Origin: an uncultured Veillonella sp.
GTDB lineage: Bacteria > Bacillota > Negativicutes > Veillonellales > Veillonellaceae
Reading direction: 5' to 3'
Length of the DNA: 64,000 nucleotides
Assembly (NCBI GenBank): GCA_963522415.1
Contig: CAUQZV010000004.1
Span: forward strand, 72 to 64,071
How positions within the stretch are numbered: the stretch's first letter is position 1; each line of letters opens with the position of its first letter. The translations under genes and the position numbers were made by a program. The notes beneath the pieces are model-generated. The model did no database searches and was not told the origin of the DNA. It saw only the letters and a list, made by a program, of their open reading frames with translations. Below are positions 52,133 to 62,799 of this stretch, piece by piece.

Positions 52133-52855
52133 ATGGAATTAGAACGTTTGCAAAAATATATTGCTCGTTGTGGTGTGGCATCACGACGAAAAGCAGAAGA
52201 ATTAATTACCTCCGGTAAAGTACTTGTGAATGGTAAATATGTAAAAGAATTGGGGGCCAAGGTAAATCCTACACGAGACCGCGTCAAAGTGGACGGACAA
52301 TTATTGGAGCCAGAAGCGTTGGAGTATTATATTTTCAACAAGCCAAAAGGTGTGATTACATCCATCACAGATCCTGAAGGACGCAAAACGGTAATAGATT
52401 ATATTAACTCTGTAAAAGTTCGTATTTATCCTGTAGGTCGATTAGATTACCATACAGAAGGATTATTGCTATTGACGAATGATGGAACTATGGCGCAAAA
52501 CTTAGCACATCCATCAAAAGGTGTGACAAAAACATACGAAGTAAAAGTAAAAGATCGTGTCTTTGATGAACATTTGGAGCAGTTAGCAGTAGGTGTCACA
52601 TTAGAAGATGGTGTAACTGCACCTTGTGAAATTACAGATTATGGATTTAATGGAAAAACAGGTCTTACTACTGTAGAAATTACGATTCATGAAGGTCGTA
52701 ATCGCCAAGTACGTCGTATGTTTGAACATTTTGGGTATTCCATTCATAATTTGAAACGTATTAATTATGCAGGATTGATGTTAAAAGGGTTAAAGCGTGG
52801 AGCATTCCGTAAATTAACAAGAGAAGAAGTGAAACAATTACAGGCTATAAAATAA
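52133..52855 (+). CDS. rluB: rRNA pseudouridine synthase (RluB/RsuA family)
   Basis: S4 domain, VGRLD, EGRNRQVRRM. Confidence 0.9.
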   Translation: MELERLQKYIARCGVASRRKAEELITSGKVLVNGKYVKELGAKVNPTRDRVKVDGQLLEPEALEYYIFNKPKGVITSITDPEGRKTVIDYINSVKVRIYPVGRLDYHTEGLLLLTNDGTMAQNLAHPSKGVTKTYEVKVKDRVFDEHLEQLAVGVTLEDGVTAPCEITDYGFNGKTGLTTVEITIHEGRNRQVRRMFEHFGYSIHNLKRINYAGLMLKGLKRGAFRKLTREEVKQLQAIK

Positions 52856-52863
52856 GGGTGAAT

Positions 52864-54108
52864 ATGAAACGAATTATTGTCATCGGCGGTGGCGCCGCAG
52901 GTCTTATGGCGGGTGTTCGTGCGGCACAATTAGGTGCGTCTGTGCACATTATTGAAAAAATGAAGATGGTAGGCCTTAAAATGGGGATTACAGGTAAAGG
53001 GCGTTGTAATGTGACTAATGCAGCTCCCATAGAAGATTTTATTAAACAAACACCAGGGAATGGTAAGTTCCTATATAGTGCTTACCAACAATGGACCAAT
53101 GAAGATATGATTCATTTGCTCAATAGTTGGGGCGTCTCTACTAAGGTTGAGCGAGGTGGTCGTGTATTTCCAGAATCTGATAAAGCTACAGATGTACGCA
53201 ATGCTTTTATCGACACATATCGTAAATTAGGTGGACAGCTTCACTTAGAAGAAGTTGTTAAGGATTTGATTGTAAAAAATGGAGCTATTACAGGTGTTAT
53301 TACAGATAAGGGAACCTATACTTGCGATGCAGCGATTATCGCTACAGGAGGGATGTCGTATCCATTGACTGGGTCTACTGGAGATGGCTATGAATTAGCT
53401 TCTTCTGTGGGACATTCCATCGTAGAACTGCGGCCATCCTTAATTCCTTTGGAAACGAAAGAACATTGGGTGAAAGACTTAATGGGGCTAAGTTTAAAAA
53501 ATGTAGAAGTCGCTATTATTGCGAAAAATAAGGTGCAAACAAAACAATTTGGAGAAATGCTATTTGCCCATTTTGGGGTGACAGGACCAATTATTCTATC
53601 TGCCTCTCATACAGTGACAAAGTTACTCAAGAAAAAAGTAGATCCTATCATTATTGAAATCAATTTGAAACCAGCGTTAACTCGTGAGGTCTTAGATAAG
53701 CGTGTACAACGGGATTTCAGTGAGTCTCAAAATAAGCAATTAGTAAATGTATTGAAAGGTTTATTGCCATCCAAATTAATTCCAGTTATTTGTCAACTAG
53801 CAGAGTTAGAAGGAACCAAGGCTATTCACGATATTACCAAAGAGGAGCGCTTGCGGTTAGTGGATACTATACAACATATGCGGATCACCGTTCATAAACC
53901 TCGCCCTATAGCGGAGGCTATTGTGACTGCTGGGGGAATTTCTGTAAAAGAAGTAGATCCCAAAACGATGCAATCTAAATTGGTGAGTGGTTTATATATG
54001 GCGGGAGAAGTCTTGGATGTAGATGCTTTCACAGGAGGCTATAATCTGCAAGTTGCGTTTTCCACAGCCTATGTAGCTGCCACTCATGCAGCAGAAGGAG
54101 GAGTCTAA
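52864..54108 (+). CDS. HI0933/BaiN-family flavoprotein
   Basis: GGGAAG, GKGRCN, GRVFP, TGGYNLQ. Confidence 0.92.
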   Translation: MKRIIVIGGGAAGLMAGVRAAQLGASVHIIEKMKMVGLKMGITGKGRCNVTNAAPIEDFIKQTPGNGKFLYSAYQQWTNEDMIHLLNSWGVSTKVERGGRVFPESDKATDVRNAFIDTYRKLGGQLHLEEVVKDLIVKNGAITGVITDKGTYTCDAAIIATGGMSYPLTGSTGDGYELASSVGHSIVELRPSLIPLETKEHWVKDLMGLSLKNVEVAIIAKNKVQTKQFGEMLFAHFGVTGPIILSASHTVTKLLKKKVDPIIIEINLKPALTREVLDKRVQRDFSESQNKQLVNVLKGLLPSKLIPVICQLAELEGTKAIHDITKEERLRLVDTIQHMRITVHKPRPIAEAIVTAGGISVKEVDPKTMQSKLVSGLYMAGEVLDVDAFTGGYNLQVAFSTAYVAATHAAEGGV

Positions 54109-54109
54109 T

Positions 54110-54796
54110 ATGAATCGACGAATTTCTGTAGCTATTGATGGTCCTGCTGGTGCAGGTAAAAGTAGTATTTCTAAAGTAGTAGCCAAACAGCTAGGCTATT
54201 TATACATTGATACAGGGGCCATGTATCGAGGTATTACATGGGCTTTATTAGATATGGGTGTCTCCATTGACGATATTGAGGCTGTAGCACAAGCTTTGCC
54301 TCATATTCAATTGGAATTACAAGCTACTGAAAGTGGCCTTGTGGTATTGGTAAATGGTCGTGATGTATCTCAGGAAATCCGCACACAATATGTAACTAGT
54401 CATGTGTCTCAAGTAGCTGCACAAAAAGCGGTGCGTACAAAATTAGTGGATATGCAACGACAGATGGCAGCTGCTGGTGGTGTCATTTTAGACGGTCGGG
54501 ATATTGGTTCCGTGGTGTTACCTAATGCGGAATTGAAAGTCTATTTAACAGCATCTGTGGAAACTCGTGGTCATAGACGTTGGCTAGAATTGAAAGATTC
54601 CGAACATATTTCTTTAGAAGAGGTATGTCGCACTGTAGCTGAGCGAGATGCTATGGATATGAACCGGGAGGAATCTCCTCTTGTATGTGTAGATGATGCA
54701 GTGGTTGTAGAAACTGATCATCTCAGTATAGAAGAAACTGTACAAACACTTATCGACTTAATTCGCAAAACGGAATTAGGAGGCCATCATGGATAA
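54110..54796 (+). CDS. cmk: Cytidylate kinase
   Basis: IDGPAGAGKS, DTGAMYR, DGRDIG. Confidence 0.97.
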   Translation: MNRRISVAIDGPAGAGKSSISKVVAKQLGYLYIDTGAMYRGITWALLDMGVSIDDIEAVAQALPHIQLELQATESGLVVLVNGRDVSQEIRTQYVTSHVSQVAAQKAVRTKLVDMQRQMAAAGGVILDGRDIGSVVLPNAELKVYLTASVETRGHRRWLELKDSEHISLEEVCRTVAERDAMDMNREESPLVCVDDAVVVETDHLSIEETVQTLIDLIRKTELGGHHG

Positions 54797-55394
54797 ATTT
54801 TCTGAATGCTTATGGCGATCTGCATTTACTGTCGTCTATGGATGGTGGTATAGGACAAAGGTGTATGGGAAAGAAAATGTGCCTAAAGAAGGACCAGTCA
54901 TTATTTCACCGAACCATAAAAGTAATAATGATCCCCCTTTGTGTGGTTTTGCATTGCCACGTCATGTGAACTTCATGGCAAAAGAGGAATTATTTAGAAA
55001 TCCAATTTCTAAATTAGTTTGTACTTGGCTAGGAGCCTTTCCAGTACGCCGTGGTGGAGTCGATAAGCTAGCTATACGCCATGCTATGAATTTATTGAAA
55101 GATAATTTAATGCTAGGTATTTTCCCAGAAGGGACACGACAAAAGGGTGACGCCTTAGGGCGGTTTCACGATGGAGTGGCTTCGATGGCATTGCGCACAG
55201 GCGTTTCAGTAGTGCCGATGGCAATTGTGGGTAGTGACAAGATGATTCGTGGAGAGGTTGCTGTTATTATTGGAAAACCGATTGCTGTAGAAAAAGCAAA
55301 AGCAACAGTAGAAGCTATTGCAGATGTGAACCATAAGGTAAAAACAGCTATCCAAACTATGATTGATGATTATAAAGCAGGTAAGTATAAATAG
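54789..55394 (+). CDS. plsC: 1-acyl-sn-glycerol-3-phosphate acyltransferase
   Basis: NHKSNND, FPEGTR. Confidence 0.92.
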   Translation: MDKFSECLWRSAFTVVYGWWYRTKVYGKENVPKEGPVIISPNHKSNNDPPLCGFALPRHVNFMAKEELFRNPISKLVCTWLGAFPVRRGGVDKLAIRHAMNLLKDNLMLGIFPEGTRQKGDALGRFHDGVASMALRTGVSVVPMAIVGSDKMIRGEVAVIIGKPIAVEKAKATVEAIADVNHKVKTAIQTMIDDYKAGKYK

Positions 55395-55403
55395 GGGAAT
55401 GCT

Positions 55404-57311
55404 ATGTTTACAATACGATTAGCGGAAAATTGTGGCTTTTGTTATGGCGTAAAGCGCGCTGTTACGATGGCAGAAAAAGCAGCAGACTCAAAAGATGTGA
55501 GTTATACATTGGGGCCTATTATTCATAACCCTCAAGTGGTAGGTCGACTTGAAGATAATGGTGTGTATGCTATTAATGAATTAAGTGATGTGCAAGAAGG
55601 TACTGTTATCATTCGCTCTCATGGGGTTGGTCCAGAAGTATATGAAGAAGCAGAAACACGGGGATTACCCGTGATTGATGCTACTTGCCCACATGTACAG
55701 AAGGCACAGCGCGATGCAAAGTCTGTAGTGGATGAGGGATTAACCTTAGTCATTCTTGGGGAGAAGAAGCATCCAGAGGTAAAGAGTATTAATCTGTGGG
55801 CAGGTAATAAAGGTATTATCGTAGAAACAGAAGAAGATGCTAAAAATATTCAATTCGTGGAAAAAATTGGTGTTGTTGTACAAACTACCTTTTCACAATT
55901 TAAGTTTCAAAGTATAATAAAAATATTAGAACAAAAATCTAAGGATCAAAAGATTTTCAAAACCATTTGTCAGGCTACAGAAGAACGTCAAAACTCTGCA
56001 GTGGCACTGGCTAAGGAAGTGGATCTTATGATCGTGGTAGGTGGGAAAAACTCTGGCAACACGACTAGATTAGCAGAAGTATGTCGTGATGTAGGGTGTA
56101 CTACATATCACATCGAAACTGCTACTGAAATACAAATGACGTGGTTGAAGGACGTCACAACAGTAGGAGTCACGGCTGGTGCATCGACACCAGACTGGAT
56201 AATTAAGGAGGTCATTCAGACGATGGAAAATTTTGCAGAATTATTTGCAGCATCAGAAGCGCAAGCAGAAGAATTTAAGAAAGGTAATGTGATTGAAGGG
56301 GAAGTTGTACAAATCGATGACGAACGTGCATATGTATCCTTTGGCTACAAAACAGAAGCACAATTAGAAAGAAAAGAAATGGCATACCCTACACCAGCTT
56401 CTGCTAAAGATGTATTAAAGGAAGGCGACAAAATCAAAGCTGTTATCCTTAACCACATCAAAGAAGATAGCCCTATCTATCTTTCTATCACTCGTTTGGC
56501 TAAAGATGAAGATTGGCAATATGTTATTGAAGCACAAGAAAAAGATGAACCAATCATCTGTAAAGGTGTGGATGCAATTCCTGCAGGTTTAGTCGTAACT
56601 GTTAAGTCTTTACGTGGTTTCATTCCACTTTCCCAAGGTGACATTCACTTCGTGAAATCCCTTGATAACTTAGTAGGTACAGAATTTGAAGCTAAAGTAC
56701 TTGAAGTTGAAGAAAAGAAAAACCGTTTGGTTCTTTCCCGTCGTGAAGTACTTGAAGTGGAACGCCAAGCTAAATTAAAAGAAGCGTTAGCAAATGTAGA
56801 AGTTGGCGGTACTTACAAAGGTACTGTTCGCAAAATAATGCCTTACGGCGCATTCGTTGATATCGGGGGAATCGAAGGTTTACTTCACATTTCCGACATC
56901 TCTTGGCAAAAAATTAAACGCGTTGAAGACGTGTTAGCAGTTGGTCAAGAAATCGACGTTAAATTACAATCCTTTGATGAAGAAAACAGCAAAATCTCTT
57001 TATCTTTAAAAGCATTATCCAAAAGCCCATGGGACGTTGCAGAAGAAACAATCCATGTAGGTGATGTGGTAACTGGTAAAGTGGTTCGTACAGTTCAATA
57101 TGGTGCATTCGTTGCAATTAACGATGACATTCAAGGTTTACTTCACATCTCTCAAGTGACTAAACAACGTAATGCAAAAGTAGAAGATTACTTGAACCGC
57201 GGTCAAGAAGTGGAAGTAGAAGTAATTTCTTTCAACAAAGATGAAAAGAAATTAGGTTTAAAATTAACTGAATTAATGGAACCAGTAGCAACTGAAGAAG
57301 AAGCTGAATAA
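55404..57311 (+). CDS. ispH: IspH-ribosomal protein S1 fusion
   Basis: GFCYGV, DATCP, TIC, SGNT, TAGASTP followed by S1 repeats (GAFVDIGG.EGLLHIS). Confidence 0.95.
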   Translation: MFTIRLAENCGFCYGVKRAVTMAEKAADSKDVSYTLGPIIHNPQVVGRLEDNGVYAINELSDVQEGTVIIRSHGVGPEVYEEAETRGLPVIDATCPHVQKAQRDAKSVVDEGLTLVILGEKKHPEVKSINLWAGNKGIIVETEEDAKNIQFVEKIGVVVQTTFSQFKFQSIIKILEQKSKDQKIFKTICQATEERQNSAVALAKEVDLMIVVGGKNSGNTTRLAEVCRDVGCTTYHIETATEIQMTWLKDVTTVGVTAGASTPDWIIKEVIQTMENFAELFAASEAQAEEFKKGNVIEGEVVQIDDERAYVSFGYKTEAQLERKEMAYPTPASAKDVLKEGDKIKAVILNHIKEDSPIYLSITRLAKDEDWQYVIEAQEKDEPIICKGVDAIPAGLVVTVKSLRGFIPLSQGDIHFVKSLDNLVGTEFEAKVLEVEEKKNRLVLSRREVLEVERQAKLKEALANVEVGGTYKGTVRKIMPYGAFVDIGGIEGLLHISDISWQKIKRVEDVLAVGQEIDVKLQSFDEENSKISLSLKALSKSPWDVAEETIHVGDVVTGKVVRTVQYGAFVAINDDIQGLLHISQVTKQRNAKVEDYLNRGQEVEVEVISFNKDEKKLGLKLTELMEPVATEEEAE

Positions 57312-57325
57312 TTTCTATATAATAG

Positions 57326-57363
57326 AAGAACAGTAGGTCCAATGGACTTACTGTTCTTTTTTT
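57326..57363 (+). terminator. Intrinsic terminator
   Basis: AAGAACAGTAGGTCC/GGACTTACTGTTCTT followed by a T run. Confidence 0.85.
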
Positions 57364-57448
57364 GCTTTCGTTTATGTGATACAATATAAGTTGATAAATT
57401 ATGTGTTCTTACTCTCCCTATTGGGAAGTTGTAATATGAGGTGAAAGT

Positions 57449-58783
57449 ATGTCAAAACCATTAGTTGCGGTCGTAGGGAGACCAAATGTAGGGAAGTCTA
57501 CATTATTTAATGCCATTGTGAATAAACGAATTTCTATTGTAGAAGATATTCCAGGTGTAACACGAGACAGAATTTATTTCGATGCAGAGTGGTTACAACG
57601 AGAATTTACTATGATCGACACAGGAGGGATTGAGTTCATCACTGCGGAAAGTCATGAAATCCCTAAGATGATGCGTTTTCAAGCCCAATTAGCTATTGAA
57701 GAAGCAGATGTGATCCTCTTTGTTGTAGATGGTAAACAAGGCATTGCGATTGCCGATGAAGAAGTGGCAAATTTATTGCGTGCTAGCGGTAAGCCTGTGA
57801 TTCTTGTAGTTAATAAAATCGACAGTGTGAACCAAGAAGCCAATATTTATGAGTTCTATAATTTAGGCATAGGCGATCCAATTGGTATTTCTGCAAAAAA
57901 TTTAATGAACTTAGGTGATTTGCTAGATGATGTGGTGAAACATTTCCCTCCACAAAGTGCTAGCGAGGAAGATGAAGATACAATCCATGTAGCATTGATT
58001 GGTCGCCCTAATGTGGGTAAATCATCTCTTACAAATGCTTTGTTAGGTCAAGAACGAGTTATCGTCAGTGATGTAGCTGGTACAACACGTGATTCTATCG
58101 ATACTCATTGGAGCCATGATGGACAGGATTTTGTGTTAATTGATACAGCAGGTATGCGTCGTAAATCTCGTATTGATGCACCTGTAGAGCGTTATAGTAT
58201 TGTTCGTTCTCTTCGTGCTATTGATCGTTCTGATATTGTAGTGTTAGTTCTAGATGCTACAGATGGAGTGACTGAGCAAGATAAAAAAATTGTTGGTTAT
58301 GCTCACGAATCTGGTAAAGGTTTAGTCATCGTTGTCAACAAATGGGATTTGATTGAAAAAGATGATAAAACTACACTACGATTTACAGAAGATATTTATG
58401 ATGAAATGGCTTTCTTGCGGTATGCACCTATCTTGTTTGCGTCGGCTTTGACGAAACAACGCGTTCATCGCTTAGCAGAATTAATTAAATATGTATCTGA
58501 GCAACAACATATGCGTATTTCTACAAGTGTATTGAACCAATTGTTATCAGATGCACAAACGGTAAACCCAGTGCCATCTCGTGGTGGTCGGATTCCTAAA
58601 ATTTACTATATGACACAGGCAAGCGTAAAACCTCCTACGTTCATTTTATTTGTGAATGAACCGGACTTAATTCATTTCTCCTATATGCGTTTCTTGGAGA
58701 ACCGCTTGCGTGAATCATTTGGCTTCGAAGGGACTCCAATTCGATTAGTACTTCGTGGTAAGAAGGGAACTGATGAAGAATGA
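57449..58783 (+). CDS. der: Ribosome biogenesis GTPase Der
   Basis: Two GRPNVGKS G-domains. Confidence 0.97.
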   Translation: MSKPLVAVVGRPNVGKSTLFNAIVNKRISIVEDIPGVTRDRIYFDAEWLQREFTMIDTGGIEFITAESHEIPKMMRFQAQLAIEEADVILFVVDGKQGIAIADEEVANLLRASGKPVILVVNKIDSVNQEANIYEFYNLGIGDPIGISAKNLMNLGDLLDDVVKHFPPQSASEEDEDTIHVALIGRPNVGKSSLTNALLGQERVIVSDVAGTTRDSIDTHWSHDGQDFVLIDTAGMRRKSRIDAPVERYSIVRSLRAIDRSDIVVLVLDATDGVTEQDKKIVGYAHESGKGLVIVVNKWDLIEKDDKTTLRFTEDIYDEMAFLRYAPILFASALTKQRVHRLAELIKYVSEQQHMRISTSVLNQLLSDAQTVNPVPSRGGRIPKIYYMTQASVKPPTFILFVNEPDLIHFSYMRFLENRLRESFGFEGTPIRLVLRGKKGTDEE

Positions 58784-59379
58784 TAACGATGGAAATTGTT
58801 GTATTAATTTTGGTAGCGTACCTAGTAGGTTCTATTCCTACAGGTTTACTGATTGGAAAACTCTTTTTCCACACTGATGTGCGCCAATATGGTAGTAAAA
58901 ATATTGGTGCTACTAATACCTATCGTGTATTAGGTATGAAAGCTGCCTTACCTGTGTTCTTAGGTGATGCTGGGAAAGGTGCTATAGGTGTGCTCTTGTT
59001 TTCGCCAAACCCAGAATGGATGATTGTAGGTGGATTATGTGCTATGATTGGTCATAACTGGTCTATTTTTCTTGGCTTTTCTGGTGGTAGAGGAGTTGCT
59101 ACAGGATTGGGCGTGCTCATTGCATTGTCTCCGATAGCAGCGTTAATTTGCTTTGCTGTATGGGCTATTATTGTTAAGTTCACTTCCTATGTATCCTTAG
59201 GGTCCATTGTAGCGGCTACATTAGTGCCTATTGTGATGTACTGTTTATCTGAGCCCTTGCCATATATTATCTTTGGTGCTGTAGCAGCATTGTTTGTCGT
59301 ATTCCGTCATAGAGAAAACATTATGCGTCTTTTACAAGGAAAAGAATTAGCTGTGAAACGTATTACAAAGGATGAGTAA
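58780..59379 (+). CDS. plsY: Glycerol-3-phosphate acyltransferase
   Basis: GSKNIGATN, GGRGVAT, RHRENI. Confidence 0.95.
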   Translation: MITMEIVVLILVAYLVGSIPTGLLIGKLFFHTDVRQYGSKNIGATNTYRVLGMKAALPVFLGDAGKGAIGVLLFSPNPEWMIVGGLCAMIGHNWSIFLGFSGGRGVATGLGVLIALSPIAALICFAVWAIIVKFTSYVSLGSIVAATLVPIVMYCLSEPLPYIIFGAVAALFVVFRHRENIMRLLQGKELAVKRITKDE

Positions 59380-59381
59380 TT

Positions 59382-60383
59382 ATGAAAATTGCAGTCATTG
59401 GATCTGGTAGTTGGGGTACGGCATTAGCTCTGAAAGGTATAGAAGCAGGTCACCAAGTGAGTATGTATTGTCGAACGGAAGAAAAAGCGAATTATTTGCG
59501 TGAATATCGTATTAATCCTTATTTGCCAGAAGTAGTATTACCTAGTTCATTAGAGTTTGAACATTCTTATAAAGATACCTTGGAAGATGCAGAGGTGGTG
59601 CTACTGGTAACGCCATCCAGTTATGTACGAAGCACTTTGCAAGAGTTGAAACGGTATTTACAACCATCTATGATTATCGTGGGCTGCTCAAAAGGGTTGG
59701 AAAAAAATAGTGAAAAGCGTTTATCCTTGGTTATTGAAGAAGAAGTGCAAGGTTTAGTGAAAGCGACAGCTATTTTATCTGGTCCCAATCATGCAGAAGA
59801 AGTCGGTCGGAATTTGCCGGCTGCCACCGTGGTTGCCAGTCAACATGAACAGGCTATCTGTATGTTACAAAAAGCTCTGGGTGGACCGAGTTTTAGGGTA
59901 TATGGTAATACGGATGTAATTGGTGTTGAACTAGGGGGGGCTACAAAAAATATCATCGCTTTAGCAGCTGGGATTGCTCATGGTATGAAATTGGGAGATA
60001 ATTTATTGGCAGCTCTACTGACTCGCGGTCTTCATGAAATGACGAAGTTTGGTGTTGCCATGGGAGCAAAAGCTGAAACCTATGCGGGACTTTCAGGTAT
60101 GGGAGATTTAATCGCCACATGTATGAGCCCTCATAGTCGAAATCGTCGAGCAGGTCAAAAGTTAGCCGATGGAGAGACGATGGAAGATATCATTAACCAT
60201 TCCCAAATGGTGGTGGAAGGATTTTTTGCTGTTCGTATCATTTATGACCTAGCCAAAGCAAAGGGAATCGATATGCCTATCACCAATGCTTTGTATGAGG
60301 TGTTATATCATCAAGTTCCTCCTGCTGACGTATTGATGCAACTGATGATGCGTGACGTAAAACAAGAAGTTTGTAATAAGTGA
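59382..60383 (+). CDS. gpsA: NAD(P)H-dependent glycerol-3-phosphate dehydrogenase
   Basis: GSGSWG, SGPNHA, KNIIA, GDL..TC...SRN. Confidence 0.95.
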   Translation: MKIAVIGSGSWGTALALKGIEAGHQVSMYCRTEEKANYLREYRINPYLPEVVLPSSLEFEHSYKDTLEDAEVVLLVTPSSYVRSTLQELKRYLQPSMIIVGCSKGLEKNSEKRLSLVIEEEVQGLVKATAILSGPNHAEEVGRNLPAATVVASQHEQAICMLQKALGGPSFRVYGNTDVIGVELGGATKNIIALAAGIAHGMKLGDNLLAALLTRGLHEMTKFGVAMGAKAETYAGLSGMGDLIATCMSPHSRNRRAGQKLADGETMEDIINHSQMVVEGFFAVRIIYDLAKAKGIDMPITNALYEVLYHQVPPADVLMQLMMRDVKQEVCNK

Positions 60384-60468
60384 GTGATTGTGGGGAAGAT
60401 TCTATAAAATATCTATTGTAGCCCATAGTAAAATCATGTAGAATATACAGGTATAGGTAGTAAATCAT

Positions 60469-61014
60469 ATGAGAATTATTTCAGGGACGGCCAAAGGTCA
60501 TACCATACAAGCTCCAAAAGGCATGGATACGCGACCGACACAAGATCGTGTGCGTGAGAGTATTTGTAATGTCATACAAAGTCGGAGAGGATTTTTTGAG
60601 ACTCAGGTGCTAGATCTATTTTCGGGCACCGGTGCATTAGCTATAGAGTCCTTAAGTCGAGGGGCTAGTCATGCTATTGCGGTAGATATACGTACTGATA
60701 CATACATCAAAAAGAATGCACAGCATTGTAAGGTAGAAGAACGATTGGAGATTCTGAAATGTACGATGGAAGCTGCACTTTCGCGACTACAAGGAAAGCA
60801 GTTTCAGCTAATTTTTTCAGATCCTCCTTATGAAAAAGGGTATGTTCAAAAAACATTAGACTTAGTGGAAGAATTTCGATTACTTACCGAAGATGGCTTT
60901 TTAATTATAGAACGCCATAAGAATGAAACATTAGAATTATTGCCCAAGTGGGTGGTTGTAAAAGCCTTATCCTTTGGGTATACTCGCGTTGACATATTAT
61001 GTCGAGAACCATAG
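60469..61014 (+). CDS. rsmD: 16S rRNA m2G966 methyltransferase
   Basis: MRIISG, TRPT.D.VRE, LDLFSGTG, DPPY. Confidence 0.93.
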   Translation: MRIISGTAKGHTIQAPKGMDTRPTQDRVRESICNVIQSRRGFFETQVLDLFSGTGALAIESLSRGASHAIAVDIRTDTYIKKNAQHCKVEERLEILKCTMEAALSRLQGKQFQLIFSDPPYEKGYVQKTLDLVEEFRLLTEDGFLIIERHKNETLELLPKWVVVKALSFGYTRVDILCREP

Positions 61015-61029
61015 AAAGGGGCTTGTGCC

Positions 61030-61521
61030 GTGAGAATTGGAGTTTGTCCAGGTAGTTTTGATCCTGTTACAAATGGACATATAGATATATTTGAGCGAGC
61101 TAGTAAATTAGTCGATAAGTTAATCATAGTGATTTTAGAAAATCCGAATAAGAAGTATTTATTTACCTTGGATGAACGGGCAGAGCTAATTCGCCAATCA
61201 GTAGCACATATCTCAAATGTTGAAGTAGATTTTGGGACTGGTTTGTTGAATGACTACGTGAAATCAAGAGATAGCCACATTATTATTCGTGGATTACGTG
61301 CACTAAGTGACTTTGAATACGAGTTTCAGCGAGCTTTATTTTCAAAATATTTGGATGATGATATTGAAACTGTTTTTATTATGACCAATAATAAATATGC
61401 CTTTGTAAGTTCTACAGGTATACGAGAATTAGCTAAGTACGGTGGTAAATTAGAAGGTTTAGTACCTGCAGTTGTGAAACAAGCCTTAGAAGATAAATTT
61501 AAAACAGTGGAAGAAAAATAG
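61030..61521 (+). CDS. coaD: Phosphopantetheine adenylyltransferase
   Basis: PGSFDPVTNGH, RGLR..SDFEYE. Confidence 0.96.
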   Translation: MRIGVCPGSFDPVTNGHIDIFERASKLVDKLIIVILENPNKKYLFTLDERAELIRQSVAHISNVEVDFGTGLLNDYVKSRDSHIIIRGLRALSDFEYEFQRALFSKYLDDDIETVFIMTNNKYAFVSSTGIRELAKYGGKLEGLVPAVVKQALEDKFKTVEEK

Positions 61522-61530
61522 GAGGATACT

Positions 61531-61971
61531 ATGAGAACAGAAAAGTTATTAGAAGAATTAGAGAATTTGATTGTTACTAGCAATAATATGATTATGACCA
61601 ATAAAAAATTAATTGAAGAAGAAGAAATTATGCGTATAGTCGATGCTTTAACAGAATCTCTACCTCTTGAATTAGAAGAATCTCGTCGCATTGTAGCGGA
61701 GCGTGATCGTATTGTGGCGGAAGGTCAAAAGCAAGCAGATGCCTTGATTGAACAAGCGAAAGAATATATTCAAAAGTTAACAGAAGAAAGTGAATTAGTG
61801 AAACAAGCACAAGAACATGCTAATCATATTATTGCAGAAGCAAATAAATCTTCTGAAGAGCTTAAAAATAGTTCTATTCAATATGCTAGTGATGTGTTTA
61901 AATATGTAGAATCAAATTTAGAGCGTACTTTAGAAGCATTGCAAGAAAATCGTCAAACATTATATAAATAA
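61531..61971 (+). CDS. Conserved coiled-coil protein following coaD
   Basis: LPLELEESRRIVAER..I..E coiled coil; common coaD neighbour in Firmicutes. Confidence 0.8.
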   Translation: MRTEKLLEELENLIVTSNNMIMTNKKLIEEEEIMRIVDALTESLPLELEESRRIVAERDRIVAEGQKQADALIEQAKEYIQKLTEESELVKQAQEHANHIIAEANKSSEELKNSSIQYASDVFKYVESNLERTLEALQENRQTLYK

Positions 61972-61979
61972 TTTAACTT

Positions 61980-62016
61980 GAGACTGTAGCGAGATTTATT
62001 TGTGGCAGTCTCTTTT
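61980..62016 (+). terminator. Terminator hairpin
   Basis: GAGACTGT/GCAGTCTC followed by TTTT. Confidence 0.65.
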
Positions 62017-62148
62017 GTTTAGTGTTAGATGGGTATAATTGTTCGTATATTTTAAAATATTAGACTCAAGAAGAAAATAAAGGAGTTTTTGATGTTAAGT
62101 CGAATACTAACAATATAAGTTTCATGTAATACTAAGAGGAGGTATACT

Positions 62149-62595
62149 ATGAATTTTGAAATTCGTAATGGCCACGAGTATATTGATGAAGTTAAAGATT
62201 TATTTGTAGAGTATGTGCGATCCTTGGGTGTATCCGCTAGTGTAAGAGAGTTTTATGGACTGGAAGAGAAGTACAAAGGTGAAGGTGAGGCTTTGTATAT
62301 TGCTTTTATTGATAATAAACCAGCTGGCTGTGTGGCTTTACGTTATGTAGATAGTAAAACAGCTGCTATGAAACGTTTGTATGTGCGTCCTGCTTTTAGG
62401 CATAGCTCTTTAGGTACGAATATGGCAAAGCTAGTAGTAGAAGATGCCCGTGAATTTGGGTATAAAACGCTGTTATTAGATACATTGCCTAGTATGGAAA
62501 ATGCAAAAGACCTGTATACGACATTAGGCTTTAAAAAGTTGGATGACACCCAAAAATTGGTGAAAACTGTAGTTCATTTATCTTTGCCTTTGTAG
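62149..62595 (+). CDS. GNAT family N-acetyltransferase
   Basis: AGCVAL, MKRLYVRP.FR...LG, LDTL..M..A..LY...GF. Confidence 0.9.
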   Translation: MNFEIRNGHEYIDEVKDLFVEYVRSLGVSASVREFYGLEEKYKGEGEALYIAFIDNKPAGCVALRYVDSKTAAMKRLYVRPAFRHSSLGTNMAKLVVEDAREFGYKTLLLDTLPSMENAKDLYTTLGFKKLDDTQKLVKTVVHLSLPL

Positions 62596-62634
62596 AGGTA
62601 CAATGTTGATGGAATAATGACTGCTATATAAAGG

Positions 62635-62681
62635 AAAAGCTGTAACAAATTATGTGCTTTATGATTTGTTTACAGCTTTTT
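62635..62681. terminator. REP-like palindrome / terminator
   Basis: AAAAGCTGTAACAAAT / ATTTGTTTACAGCTTTT. Confidence 0.7.
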
Positions 62682-62799
62682 CTTAAGATAACATGTCTTG
62701 AACTTTATTGGATAAAATATAGATGTATTACTTAGAAAGATACTGTATAATAGGGTAAGTATAGATTGTTTCTATCGATAGGGTTAGTTCTGTAGGAAG

